NCBI GenBank assembly: GCA_964016885.1
Contig: OZ024742.1
Coordinates: forward strand, 155,620,001 to 155,684,000
DNA from: Eledone cirrhosa
Taxonomy: Eukaryota
Reading direction: 5' to 3'
Length of the DNA: 64,000 bases
The notes under the pieces were generated by a model. The model saw only the letters and a program-made list of their open reading frames with translations, was not told the origin of the DNA and did not search any database. Below are positions 26,668 to 40,534 of this stretch, one piece after another. Each line of letters begins with the position of its first letter. The stretch's first letter is position 1. Position numbers and translations under genes: made by a program.

Positions 26668-27352
26668 AATAAATATGGTTTTATAAATATAGTTTCCATT
26701 TATTTAATATCGTATATATATATATATATTTGGTTACCTACCTTACCTTACACACTTTACAAATTATCCCCTGTGATTGTTTCCTATGTTTATTTTATAT
26801 ATATATATATATATATGTCAATCAATTTCTAGTTGATATAAAATGCTCAGATTTATTCATTGGAATCTTCTGCAGTGGATATGGTGCATGTCTCTCAGAC
26901 ATGACACGCTTAATTTAATGTTGGATATATATATATATATACACACGACCTCTTAATTTTAGAGCTAACTCAGTTGAATGGACTCTGCTGCTATTTCTAG
27001 CTGTCGATAATGACGCTGATGGGATGACGCTGGTACCATGTGTGTATTTTTGTTTAATGCAACACGTGCTATGAGTCATTCACATATTTGCATTTGGTGT
27101 GTAAACACAGATAGTTAAATCTTCTCCTTTGGTGAAAATCAGATATTTGACTACTGTGAATTACCGATTGATGGTGCTATATATTTCTTTATTTAATGAA
27201 ATATATACAAATGAGATTAATCATTTAAAAAGTTATCTATATTTGAAGTTCTAGTTAAACTTTAATTGGTTACCGACCTAGCTGTGTGTGTGCTTATACG
27301 GTTTAAAAAATATTTCCTATGATTGTTTCATATGTTTATTTTATATATATAC

Positions 27353-27428
<76 letters not shown>

Positions 27429-27658
27429 CGATGGAAATGTGGTAAGGAACCAGGTGGACCATAACGCAGCAAAGTACTCAATACTTAGGGTAGTAGAGTC
27501 GGTAATAAGAACGAATAGGACCCCGACGGCTGAGCTCAAGTCGTTTCGATGGGTAATTCTGGACTAAAAAAAAAAAAATGAAAAAAATAATAAATAAATT
27601 AAAAAAAAGTCTCTCTCTCTCACTCAGTCACCATATGTATATAAACTAGAAATAGATT

Positions 27659-27722
<64 letters not shown>

Positions 27723-27727
<5 letters not shown>

Positions 27728-28629
27728 ATACTTTGGGAGGGCCATGTTGCCAATAAGAAACACACGCACCAGTTGTTTCACTTCAATTTATTATAATAAA
27801 TTTATAAATTTAGGAATTTAGATATTTATGGTTGGTTGGTTGGTTCCACAACCAGATAGTTGTTTATATATTATCAAAGTTCTTTCGTCACACATTCTGT
27901 AACCTCTTCAGTGACGGGATTATTTTCTTTGTTTTTGTGCCTCTCCTTTGTTCTGTCCTACGCCATTTTGTTTCTGTGTGTGTGTTGTGTGCTCAGTCTG
28001 CGCATGCGCCACATCCGGGTGTATGTGTGTGTTTATATTCGTTTATTTATTTATTTGTTTATTTACATGTTACCGGTTGTTTGTTTGTTCTATGTGCGTG
28101 TGTGTTTTCATTTTGTCCTTAATTGTAAGTTGTGATGTTGCTGTTCCACTCATATTTTCTATTTAATTTAGGTTGTAATTCTTTTATATTTATTGCCTCT
28201 GTGATTTGTCTAAACATTGCGTCTTTTCTGTGTGTAGATTCTATTTTTATTTCTATGTTCTCTAATTTACCATTATGTTCTATTTTAGCATGTTGGTAGA
28301 GTACAGATGATTCTTTACTATCTTGAAGGTCTCGCGTAGGACAGAACAAAGGAGGAGGCAGAAAAAACAAAGAAAAGTATCCCCAGTCACTGAAGAGGTC
28401 ACAGAATGTGTAACAAAATAACTTTGACAATATATAAACAACTATCTGGCTGTGGAACCAACCAACCAACCAACGAGAAATTTATAAATTCCTAAATTTA
28501 TAAATTTATTATAATAAATTGAAGTGAAACCTCTGGTGCGTGTGTTTCTTATTGGCTACATGACCCTCCCTAAGTATAACAATATCGGTTTCAACACACG
28601 ATTTCAGATAAAGAATCTTGCTAAACAAA

Positions 28630-28633
<4 letters not shown>
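27723..28633. mobile_element. PLE family A: inverted terminal repeats (about 245 bp) enclosing a GIY-YIG C-terminal fragment, plus a 50-bp tail
   Basis: Arms 27723-27963 and 28334-28582. Minus strand encodes SVLYQHAKIEH..RQITEAINIKELQPKLNRKYEW. HHR at 27873-27915 (minus, intact core) and 28386-28428 (plus, G12>A). Confidence 0.9.
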
Positions 28634-28675
<42 letters not shown>

Positions 28676-28950
28676 AATCTATTTCTAGTTTATATATATA
28701 TAGTTTATATATATATGGTGAGTGAGTGAGTGAGAGAGAGCGAGAGAAGGAGAGAAGCTGGGCTGCCAATCAATAACACCGATTCCGCAGGCCACCCCGG
28801 AATCAAATATGTTCTCTAATATCTGTTTGCGTTTGTGTAATTTCCTCCATCTATTGGATTAACTAACTATGATGTAATCCAAACTTAAAGTGTTCATCAG
28901 TATCTTAAGGAAGGGGGTCATTGAAATGTGAGTGTCTGTGTATGTGATTG

Positions 28951-28992
<42 letters not shown>

Positions 28993-29181
28993 GATAATTT
29001 AATATATCAACTAACATAGGCGCACAGATGCACGTCCATGCCAGCAAATACACAGGTTATGTCATAGTACCTAGGTAGTTCAATGCAGGAGGGTGCAGAA
29101 CAATAATATAAAAGACGTAAAATAAGAAAATATTTTAAAAAAAAATTTAAAAAATTTTTTTACTTACTTACTTAAATTTTG

Positions 29182-29263
29182 ACTCCAACTAATTAGTTTC
29201 TGCAATGGGATAAAGACAGTTACATAATCCAACTGTCGAGAATTCATTGCGTCATCAGGGAGT
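29182..29263 (-). ncRNA. Hammerhead ribozyme, inverted copy
   Basis: Reverse complement of 29496-29577. Confidence 0.8.
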
Positions 29264-29495
29264 CTATTGTCAGCTGAGCCTCCAGGCAATGCGCGGACAC
29301 TGGCGGCTCATATAAAAATAATTCTAACTAGCCTCTATGTCACGTGATTGATTCTTTAGAATCGGCCATTTGACTGGAAGCAGTGAGAATTTCAGTACAT
29401 AGAATCCAGTCCTCGCCTAGCTGTTCTTTCTACCGAATTATTTTTATATGAGCCGCCAGTGTCCGCGCATTGCCTGGAGGCTCAGCTGAGAATAG

Positions 29496-29577
29496 ACTCC
29501 CTGATGACGCAATGAATTCTCGACAGTTGGATTATGTAACTGTCTTTATCCCATTGCAGAAACTAATTAGTTGGAGT
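29496..29577 (+). ncRNA. Type I hammerhead ribozyme
   Basis: actcc-CTGATGA-c gcaatg..gacagtt..aactgtc..cattgc a-GAAA-ctaattag-TT-ggagt. Confidence 0.85.
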
Positions 29578-30048
29578 GAAAATTTAAGTAAGTAAGTAAA
29601 AAATTTTTTAAACATTTTTAAAAAAATATTTTCTTATTTTACGTCTTTTATATTATTGTTCTGCACCCTCCTGCATTGAACCACCACCTAGGTACTATGA
29701 CATAACCTGTGTATTTGCTGGCATGGACGTGCATCTGTGCGCCTATGTTAGTTGATATATTAAATTATCTATATTTATCTCCAAATCACTGATTTGTCGA
29801 GCAAACCTGCCAAAACCACTTCAAAATTGTTTTTGGGGTGTTAGTAGGCGTCAGTCATCTTACCATCCCATTCCTTCTAACTAGCCTCTATGTCACGTGA
29901 TTGATTCTTTAGAATCGGCCATTTGACTGGAAGCAGTGAGAATTTCAGTACATAGAATCCAGTCCTCGCCTAGCTGTTCTTTCTACCGAATTATTTTTAT
30001 ATGAGCCGCCAGTGTCCGCGCATTGCCTGGAGGCTCAGCTGAGAATAG

Positions 30049-30130
30049 ACTCCCTGATGACGCAATGAATTCTCGACAGTTGGATTTTGTAACTGTCTTT
30101 ATCCCATTGCAGAAACTAATTAGTTGGAGT
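30049..30130 (+). ncRNA. Type I hammerhead ribozyme, tandem copy
   Basis: Same motif 553 nt downstream, with one substitution in the stem II loop. Confidence 0.85.
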
Positions 30131-30192
30131 GAAAATTTAAGTAAGTAAACAGTTTTTAAAAAGTTTTTAAAAAAATATTTTCTTATTTTACG

Positions 30193-30258
<66 letters not shown>

Positions 30259-30283
30259 GTATATATATATAAATAATATTAGT

Positions 30284-30441
30284 AATTGTTTCTACTTTTG
30301 GCACAAGGCCAGCAATTGTCCAGTACATTACTGGTACTCTATTTTATCGACCTCGTAAGGATGAAAGGCAAAGTTAACCTCGACGGGATTTGAACTCAGA
30401 CCGTAAAGGGACGTAACTCTGCTAGAAAGCATGGCGTCCAA
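30284..30441 (-). mobile_element. SINE, head truncated
   Basis: Family sequence. Confidence 0.8.
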
Positions 30442-31813
30442 GCCTAATAATAATATCTATACTTATATAAATAAGATAATGGTAAGATTTTGTATTACCC
30501 AAGTAAGAAAATTAGCTCAATGTAAGATATCAGATATACGAACGAGCTGAAATACAACATAGGAAACAATAATTTTTTTGTTTAATGCATTTAATTCCTA
30601 ACGATCGTTTATTCCAACAAATGTCTGGTTTCTTCGGAGCATATACGATGTTAAAACAAATAATAAATTCCTAATCCTTAAACATTCATTAATATACCTG
30701 ATAAATATTAGTATCAATTAAAATATATTTACTTGTCAGCTGCCCTGAATGTAACAATTAACAACCCGTTCTGCAAGGAATATTTCCCTTTATTATATTT
30801 ACGAGAAAACTGTGCTTTGTTATGGTCACACTGTGGATTCTTGTTGGTTAAGTTTCTACCTAGTTTTGTTTATTCACTCCAGTATTTGTCGGAAAAAATT
30901 ATCATTTTTTTATGTTACTCGCCAGGATCTAAAATTCATATATATGTTTCTTCATGGAAAAGGCCCTTGTGGCCCTTTCCAAAGATTATGTTTTACTATG
31001 GTAGATTTTCAGAACCGCAGAATGATTGCTTCAACTATTTTGAAGAAAGCAACAGTCACAGATGACAACATGTTTGCCTTTCCTACTACACAGAGAAGAA
31101 GTAATAAAGCTAGTAGACAAATGATGCCAATCCTTTTTTTTTAGGGTGACAGAAAGTAGTCAAGAAAACACCAACAATAATAACAACAACTCTAAAAATT
31201 AGAATAATAACATGGCTACGGAAGGCAGCCACGCCAACGACAAAAATAGAAAAAAACAACAATAACAACAAAATGTCCAAAAATAACAAAGATGACAACA
31301 TCAAAGCCACCAAAGCTGCAGATGATAGCCAGCAGAAGGAAATAAAACAATAATTAAAAATAGCAACAACCCCAATAGCAACTCAACAGCCACCACCAGC
31401 ACCAAAACCGAAAAATACACTAACACAAAACGTAAACTCTTTTTTGCCATAGGAACAGATGACTGGACAGAAAAGTCCCACGGAAGAAAAAAGAGAGTCA
31501 ATTCAGAAATATAAGTGCAATCTACTTCTGGCTGGAGTAATGATGTTGTCTGATAAAGAAGTCAGTGACACTGTCAGAAAATTCACAGTAATAATAATAT
31601 TTCCAATGCGTTTCGGTAAGAGAACAACAAAATTATGTGTGAAAAATGCCCCACCCAACAGAGACCAAGCCAGATTAGATCAAATGTCGAAGAATATGAA
31701 GAAATAATAGGATACAAATTTACCTCAATGGTTCTGCTTCGAGGATTGTGGAAGCATGCTCGTATTCATCACGGGTAAATACATTCTACCTGTTGAAGTG
31801 CATGCCAACTTAC

Positions 31814-31954
31814 GGCTTTCTGCTGTGACACTACTAAAGAGGGAGCTAAGATTGTTGGCAGTATAGACGAGGTTGTATAAACTTCTACGATCCCTGGAAG
31901 AGCCATGAGATATTCCTTTATATATGTCGGAAGTTGACATGACTACGGTGGGCT
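31814..31954 (-). CDS. Candidate 141-nt symmetric (phase 1-1) exon, unknown product
   Basis: ttaccag|AG CCC..AGC C|gtaagt with open frame EPTVVMSTS..RDRRSLYNL..TAES. Confidence 0.25.
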
Positions 31955-34499
31955 CTGGTAAATTTAGAACAGTCCAAAGCGTTTCTCGAAGTAGACCATC
32001 GTATGCTGCATCATTTCTCGAAGTAGATCAAGGTGTGCTGCATCATTTAACATAAATTAGTTATATCATTTCAGAACCAGGATTTATTTCCATAGCCCAT
32101 TCATGCCTTCATGCATGAATTATTCGTTTACAAAATGTTTGCTATTACATTACAAATCCATCGCAGCTGCTCCTATGATTCTACATAGATGTATTTGATA
32201 TTTAACGCGTTCTCTTGGTGTGAACATGCTTCATTGACTTATGTGTCTCTTTACTACATTATTATGTGATGAACTTCAAAACTCTAATTGGAGCTAAATT
32301 CTTCAATATTCTCAAAATGAGATAATGTTGTTTTTTTCCTTTACAAAAAGTACCTCTCATTCTGTTACGTTCATTATTTTGCGATTATATATACAATTTT
32401 GTCGCATATGCTAAAACTATAACATACTCATGTATCATATTTAGCATTCAATATAATATAATTAGCGACCTCTATCTTCAATTGACTTTTATCAGTAGCT
32501 CTATACGATGACAAATTACTTCATCGAATGGCACTGCATCCCTACTTCGACAAAGTAAATGTTTACTCTAAAGTAATTAACATGTTGTTAAAATCCCCGT
32601 GAAATTAGAATCCAGTGGTTTTATGCTCTATGATGTTAGCAATTGCTTGTAAACATGTCCACCATTTATCCATAATCATTCTTATCAAATCTTACTCATG
32701 ATTATATCTATGACAAACATAACATCTAACCATGATGTACAATATCATACACTTTCTTTTAATCAGTGAAAACTACTGAAACGTTTGAACTATATGTGAA
32801 TAAATGATATATTGCTTCAAGTACTTATCCTTTCATATTATTATTACGCAACTCATCTTGATATAATTTTAGGTAGTGATATAATCTTCTATGCATAGAG
32901 AGTCTGACATGTTTATGCAAGTGATAGACTTATGCAATATTATCTCATCTTTCATATGCTTAACAAGTAATGTGTTATACATAAGACTAATTTTCTGAGT
33001 GTCTCTATTAGCATATTTACATTTACGTACACAGGTCTGCTTTGTGATAAATATTAATCTATGTATCAGATTAGTCAATTATTTCACTCTAACGTTAAAA
33101 CATTCACAAAGTTTGATAAATAGTATGTGCAGTCTAACTCATTTTGTAGTTATCACAGCAATATTAGGAATTGATGTCTCTGTTTTAAATACAAGATTTG
33201 ACTTAGATTATTTTTTTTCTAATACATGGACGCGAGAGTACCACTACATCAATAGAATGGAACAGGCAGTGATGTTCATCTGTTATAAGGACCAGTCCTG
33301 AAGAGATTAGACTAGAAGCAGCATCCAACACATCAAGAGGCGACGAGCAATGCTACCAATCTCACACAAAAATAGGTTCAGTGAAGCTTCCTTCAAATAT
33401 TACCGTCTGATAACCGTGCTCTGACTCAATTCATTTCTGATCTGAGTGAGGATCTGTTTTTCTGATGATTGGGGACGGAATGCGTTCCAATAATCAAGTG
33501 ATTCAATTTCAGTAACCACTCAGCATTAAGTACAATGCATAGTATAGCCTATGATGCAGCGACATGCGCTGGGGTTATAACAACTCCAGCTAATGCGTCT
33601 TGATGATGAATATGTGTGGTCACAGTTTGTCAAATGCACATTTCCGCAGCACACCATTTTGACTGAGCTCCTTTCCTTGATCAAACAAAGAACGACACTG
33701 GGAGTATAGCATATATAATATTGTCTAGTACTCACCTCTCAATAGTTGGACAATGCGTCTGTGAAAATACTACGTCTGTGTCTTATTGAAACTGTGTGGT
33801 GCGCTCGACGGCGAAAGAAGAAAACTTTGGGTTTCGACCGGAATGAACTGGCTCGCCTGTTTTTGAGCACATATCACTCGGTGTATATCTGAAATGTCAG
33901 CCCTGGCAGTTCTATTGACTATGAAATAAACTGTACAGACAAGAATGTGCACCCAGACTGACATTACCGAGTTACGGACAGAGCTATGAAAGTGCACCGC
34001 ATGTGTAAGGGCAAAGCCCATGAATTACTGAAATGTGAAATTTGGTCTCACAGCTACTTCTATTGTGAAGATCGTTCCACTCTATACCTTGGGTCATTGA
34101 AACAGGCTAGAAGAAGGTACTTACGTAATTGTTGAGGTGGGCCCCCGTTTTTTAAGTATTCCCCACGTGTATTCCTTGGGAGACCCAGCTCTTGAGCAAT
34201 TTTCTTTCTTTTATATATCATAGATAAATGTTTTGTTTTTGCTTTTGTTGTTCCTCACTTTTACGTGTTTGCAAACACGGTTACAAGTATATTATGTACT
34301 TTATACATGTGCACATTATCTGTTCAATATTATATTTACAACAGAATGATATTCAACCATATCGCTGTGATCAGTTATTTACAACTTACATGGTTATGGA
34401 GTATAATCAAATAATGTAAATTTTTAAAACAAAATAAATGATTATATTACTCACAGCAATAGTTCTCTTGCAATAGTGTGTCTTGCCAGTTAAAAGAAT

Positions 34500-35275
34500 T
34501 GTTTGCGCGTCTTGAAGTAAGTCAGATTTTAAAATATGCATATGAATTTCAACATCAATTAGCAAGACGTTATGTTTTCTGAAGTTTTCAAATTCTTTTG
34601 CCGCAATGTTTTAATCACAAGGGATGCTCATATCTATCAATAAATTTACCTTGTAATTTGGGTATTTTAGAAAGATAACGTATGTATGGCTAGCACCTTG
34701 TTATGTGTATTTAACTCAGATTTCAGAAATTCTCCTCGTCTACTATAACACCGTTCCTTATATATTATTTCATGTTTGCATGCTTAATGCCGGAGCATTC
34801 CTTTATACCATGGTGTGTATAGGTGTGTCCCTACCCGAGTTCTTTTATACATTAACTTCGATTATAAGGGATACTAGAGCTATGCAAATTATTACAGCTG
34901 AAGGTGTGTCACTTTGGAAATAGCAACAGTCGATTTTAATATTGGTTGAACTTATATCACTGGAGATTCATGTTCCAAAATTATATATATTTAAGAATGC
35001 TTCAAATTACAGGAAAAATGATAAGCTTATCCAGGGATTTCAGAATACATGAATGTGGCATACTGTCAAAATGTTTTTTTTTTTCATCGAAGCATGCTCT
35101 GCACTTGTTATGAAAGTTCTCAAAGGTGACAATATTAATTAACAGTTGATCTTTACATCATTATGAACACCGTTGGCACCTTCTTTCAAAGAGAAAAAAT
35201 TGTTCTCTTCCAAAAATGCATATGATTTCTCCATGAGAATAGATTTTAAAACCTTATAAGAGGTGGATAAACAGT
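34500..35275 (-). mobile_element. R4/Dong-clade LINE relic
   Basis: YAFLEENNFF..K(E)GA..KIN (RT) and LLIDMSIPCD*NIAAKEFE (REL endonuclease). Confidence 0.65.
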
Positions 35276-35300
35276 GGCAACATATTATTATTATATCCAT

Positions 35301-35478
35301 GTGGACTGGCAGTATCAGTAGAGGATCGGACGCCATGCTTTCCGGCATAGAGTTATGTCCTTTTCTTTCCGAACTGACTTCAAATCCCTCCAAGGTTAAC
35401 TTTGCCGTTCGTCCTTACGGGGTCGATCAAATAAAGTACCAGTAATGCTAACCTTGTGCCAAGAGTATAAACAATTAT
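35301..35478 (+). mobile_element. SINE
   Basis: Family sequence. Confidence 0.8.
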
Positions 35479-35479
35479 T

Positions 35480-35850
35480 TCCATTATTATTTTTACTTGG
35501 CATCATTACTTCTTTAACGAGCACAGCTCTGTGTGCCTTGGATATGAACAGTTTAGTTTTTGCTGATGTTGTTCCTATTTGATTGATAGTACTTTTCGTA
35601 ATATGTGTGCAGTGCCTAGCAGTGCTATGCATGTATGCTGTATATATTTGTAACTTTGGGGTTTTTGCAATGCATTTGTCTGTGTGTGTTTTTTATCATT
35701 CCTAGAGCACCTATTATTATAGGTACTGTTTCTGTTTTCATTTTCTACAATAGAGTTATGTCTATCTCTAGATCTTTATATTTAGAGAATTTCTCAATTT
35801 CCTCGAAAGATATATTTTCCTCTGTGGGGATTGATGCATCTATTGGGGAC
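35480..35850 (-). mobile_element. R4/Dong-clade LINE 3' end
   Basis: IDASIP..EKFSKYKDLEIDI..TVPIIIGALGMIKK..ALLGTAHILRKVLSI with a short taa tail. Confidence 0.85.
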
Positions 35851-35975
35851 ATTCGACTGACATGGCTTAAAAAGAGGCTGTTCGCATAATTGCAAACGAA
35901 TCGAATATTACTATTAATATTCGAAAACCACAGATTACATTTATTGATACATCTATTATAATAAATTATTATTGG

Positions 35976-36019
<44 letters not shown>

Positions 36020-38679
36020 GTATTATAGTTGTTGCTCTTGTTGTTGCTGTTGGTGTTGTTGTTGTTGTTGTTATTTATGTTTTCAATGAAGGTACTTCAA
36101 GAAGAAGAAAATGCTGCAGCAGGCAGAGTGGCTAAAACTAAAAGTATGAAGCGATCGATGAATCTTTCTCACCACCCTGCTTTGCTTCTCCGACTCCTAT
36201 TAGCTTAGACCGTCAAAGATTCCCTGATTGTAGGGTGCGCTGATGTGTTGTGGAGAACATTCTCGGTAAGGGCACGCCAGCAATTTATTGACGAAAGTAT
36301 TGCCAGCTATGCCAATGTAACTATTGAGGAAAGATGAAGCCCAGCGCATGTGACAGATACGTTGCCTTCTTGCCATTCGATATCATCTAACATGTTATTA
36401 TATATCTGCGCGATATTACACCGAGTACAGGCATTGATATCGGGGAGAAGAGAAGCGTTTGTTGCTGATAGTAGACGTTTGAACAAGAATACCTTGTTTG
36501 AAATTATACTAGGTAAACGCTGGCACAAACTAGTTTTAGCAATCATACCCCAAAGAATATATGTGGTTACAGATATATATTGTTTGCAACGTTACTCTCA
36601 GAAGTGGAACATTAAATGAGCTGCCCAATATTGTATAAACTGTATTTTACCTTCCAGTCATGTTGTTTTCACTATTTCTCTATATATGTGTACAGAATCG
36701 AAAAATGAAATCAAAAAGTACACTCCTAGGTATATATATTTAATTGTCAAAACATATATTAAACAGACAACCCCTTAAATAGTGCTGCGAAAGACATAAA
36801 GACCTCCTCATTATCATTGAAATTGCGAGGCATGCCGCTAATTATATGGACTCGAATACACGCTTATAGCCACTCACGGCAAACTAGAGATTATTAGATA
36901 TGTCTCTAGTTATTATTCTTGCATATGAGACTATGAGACTATCAGGTTGTCATCATTCACCTGATCGAGATCAGTGATTAGTTTCCAAATACCATAGTTG
37001 AGGAGATTAACATCTTGGTCCCCATGAATATTGTGTATATGCTACTCTATATCCTACTTGATTCTATTGTTTTACAAACATATTAATTGATAATTGTATC
37101 TCAAAACGAAGTGAAAGGCTATGTATTACATTATTATAATGTTTCAACAGTTACTACTGAGTACGTCGTGTGCCTTCGTATTCATAATTTACAAATTGTA
37201 TACAGCTTCCTCTTATCGTAGGTGTTATTTAATAGTTCATCTAACTTGTGTTTATATTTCTGAAATGTCTTTAATATTTTTGAACATGTTATCGTTTGTC
37301 ATATCTATTATTCTTACTTTTATTTGAAGTGTTTTCATTTTTAAATCCCACATTCTGTTGTTGATGTTTTTTTTGTTTTTTTTTCTTCCTACTTTAGTAT
37401 GTGAACTGCGATAAAATGTTTGGAAGATTATTTGATTAAAACTCCAACTAATATATATTTTCAAAACAATAATACTATTTCTGGTTGTACACGCTTAATT
37501 TTTCTGGCCTGACATTTTTCAATATGGTGGTGCAATTCTAAAAGCTCAACTGCAAGTTATTGAGTACAATTACCACCTGAAATCCTTCTGCTCAAAGAGA
37601 ATATAATAGCGGACAACTTCAGTGGTATTAACAACATACTTATGTGCAGTTAATATGCGGCTAATAAAAAAGCCTACCACTGCTGATAGAAAATTAAACA
37701 AATCTTTGATAATTTCAACCAATCCCCACCATCATCTGGATATGTCAAACAAGTTGGTACTAGAGAAAAATATAACGTCTATCCTCTCCAGCACATTTCA
37801 TCTATGACATCCAAGTAGTATACACACCATATCGTTTAGATGTGAGAAACAGGCGGTATTTAGTTAAGCGTGTAATTTTGAAGACGGGGTAATAGAAATA
37901 TCAAAAGATAGCTATCCAAGCTCACGCTTATGACTTTCTAAAGTCATCTTAGGTCCGGCAACTATCCAGTTGTTCGAGAAATTTAAAAAAGGTAGGATAC
38001 GTTATTTCTAATTGAATTCTATATTTATTGGATTTTAGTAATTATTAAATATATTGTGTGTAAGATGTTCAGTGTTCAAAATTAGAAGAGACTTGAAATT
38101 AATTTTCTCAATTAGTTTAATATCTCTAAGTAATGTCTAATTAAAACGAAATCAAAGATTAACATCATTTTTTCACTTACAAATTATTTCAATAATTTCC
38201 TTAATGAAAAAAATTACGTTTATATTAAAGATTCAGTTAACAGTAGTTACGTTTCATAGAGTTTCGGAGACCTATACACATCAGTTATATTTATGATTGC
38301 TTCATTCTCTATAATTGAATTGCATTAAGGAAAACAACACATAGAACAAAGCATTGAGCAAAATTAACCAGAAAAATGTTCAAAACAAAAACGCATTAAG
38401 GTATTAGTTATTTTTTAAACGAAAGTTTAAAAATTAATTACTTAGAATCTAAGGAAACAGTATTTGGCATCAAAGAATTGTGAATATTCTTTACATGAGC
38501 GTCAACATTATTTAGATGTGTGTGGAAGTAAATAATGTGGGATAGTTACCGAATTAAGGCTTATATTTTGTTTGTTTTATTTTGTTCTCTACGAAAAAAT
38601 GATGCAGGGATTGTTCATAGTCAGAAATATAGAGATTCTGAAAAACATGTATATATTTACATGTTCATACGCGGACAAA

Positions 38680-38830
38680 GAAAGGCCGAATGGTTCGGCT
38701 CACATTCATTAGGTTCCGGGTGCAATGTTACTACGTGGCATTTTGGGCAAGTGACATTTACCACAACCTCAAGTCAGTCCAGTAGGTTTCGGCGAAACGG
38801 GATAGAAGGTAACTGTTCGGAAGTTGGATG
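38680..38830 (+). mobile_element. Older, different tRNA-derived SINE (decayed)
   Basis: ggccgaatggtt..ggttccgggt..cgtggcattttgggcaagtg resembles a common octopus SINE, from memory. Confidence 0.45.
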
Positions 38831-38975
38831 TATTAACTGTAAATGGGATTTAAAGGGACGGATTTGTCATACGACATGTAACATTTAACATCCTTGAAAG
38901 AGATCGATTCCATCAAATAAATATACAGACACATAAATAGAAACATAGTCACTCTCAGTCACACGCATGCAAACG

Positions 38976-39006
<31 letters not shown>

Positions 39007-39015
39007 TTATAATAT

Positions 39016-39105
<90 letters not shown>

Positions 39106-39117
39106 ATATATATATAT

Positions 39118-39170
<53 letters not shown>

Positions 39171-39223
39171 GAAAGAGAGAGAGAGAGAGAGAGAGGTAAT
39201 ATATATGTGAAGGCCTGTATATA

Positions 39224-39256
<33 letters not shown>

Positions 39257-40351
39257 CGGATTTTGGTCATCATTTGAATTTTATGATTCTATGTATGTGT
39301 GCGCACGTGTGTGTCTGACAGTGTTGATGTGTCTCTTCATGTGTCTGTGTATGTATATGAATGTATAGAATAATGTACTCTCACAAAGTACCATTCGATA
39401 ACGCACCTTCTTTACTAATTAAACATGGAATCCAAGTTTGAATCAGCAAATTGCTATGTTCTGTTTAATGTTGTTTTAGTTGCTATTGTTCTTCATTTGG
39501 TTGTTGTTTTTTTATTGTTGTTCACTTTAAGCAATTAAGTCAGAGTGAATTTTAATTTCATCAGAAACGATGGGAATTATTGGACATAAATTTGAAATAT
39601 TGTGAATAATATGTATTGGATTATTGTGAACATATTTCAAGTGTTAAAGTCAAGTAAATATATTTATCTTAACATTGCGCTCATACACACACACGCAAAG
39701 CTATATAGAAATACAAACACGCAAACCGCACATTCACACGCGCAAACACACACACACACACACACCTACACACACATACACATACATATATACACACACA
39801 CACACATGCACACAAACACATATATATATATAGTGACACGCACACACACAAATGTATGTACGCACAGAAACACACACATACATATGTATTTTAAAAGAAA
39901 CTGTTGAAATAACAAACAATTCTACTTAATTACTTAATGCTCCAACTCATCCCACATGATATTTTAATTTAAGAATTGCCGTCCTCAACATCAAAGCTGC
40001 GGCTGTCGTTAACTTCGTTATTATCCAAAACGCAGGAAAAGCTAGTCGGTAAGTAGGTTGTTTTGCATTCATGACGTCGAAGTTTCGATCACACAACGGG
40101 GAATCCAGTATAAATATATTTTACTATATTTAATACGACGCCATAATGTTTATGCCAATACGCTACATAGAATGGTTTATATCCCTCACATAATAAATAA
40201 AATAACCCTACTTTAACCCTACTATCATCTAATAACTTTAATATCACCATTGAAGTTAAACAATTTCAGTGTAAGTGTACGATAATTGCATGCGCTAATG
40301 AGACTCCGTCGAATTAATCCTAATTTCCCGATCAGTAGCTCATAACTTAAT

Positions 40352-40534
40352 TGTTTCTACTTTAGGCACAAGGCCAGCAATTACCAGTGCATTACTGGTA
40401 CTTTATTTTATCGACCCCGTAAGGATGAAAGGCAAAGTCAACCTCGGCGGGATTTGAACTCAGATGGTAAAGGGACGTAACTATGCTGGAAAGCATGGCG
40501 TCCGACCCTCTACCGATACTGCCAATCCACCGCC
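40352..40534 (-). mobile_element. Full-length SINE with a 19-bp target-site duplication
   Basis: cagtagctcataacttaat at 40333-40351 and 40535-40553. Confidence 0.93.

Larger units (their letters stand above)
28990..30200. mobile_element. HHR-bearing non-autonomous PLE/retrozyme-like element: inverted arm plus 553-bp tandem
   Basis: 28990-29324 is the reverse complement of 29435-29773; 29322-29650 is repeated at 29875-30200. Confidence 0.9.

Noticed and set aside
30455-30500. Helitron 5' end (tctatacttatataaa)
   Set aside because: No matching 3' hairpin or CTAG end found.
33600-33670. C/D box snoRNA (ATGATGA..CTGA)
   Set aside because: No terminal stem and no recognisable guide sequence.
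33500-34130. BEL/Pao RNase H relic, or a 23-nt minus-strand exon
   Set aside because: Only an FTDA-like word; insufficient support for either reading.
34450-34600. Minus-strand host exon ending in gtgagt
   Set aside because: The frame is continuous with an R4/Dong endonuclease relic.
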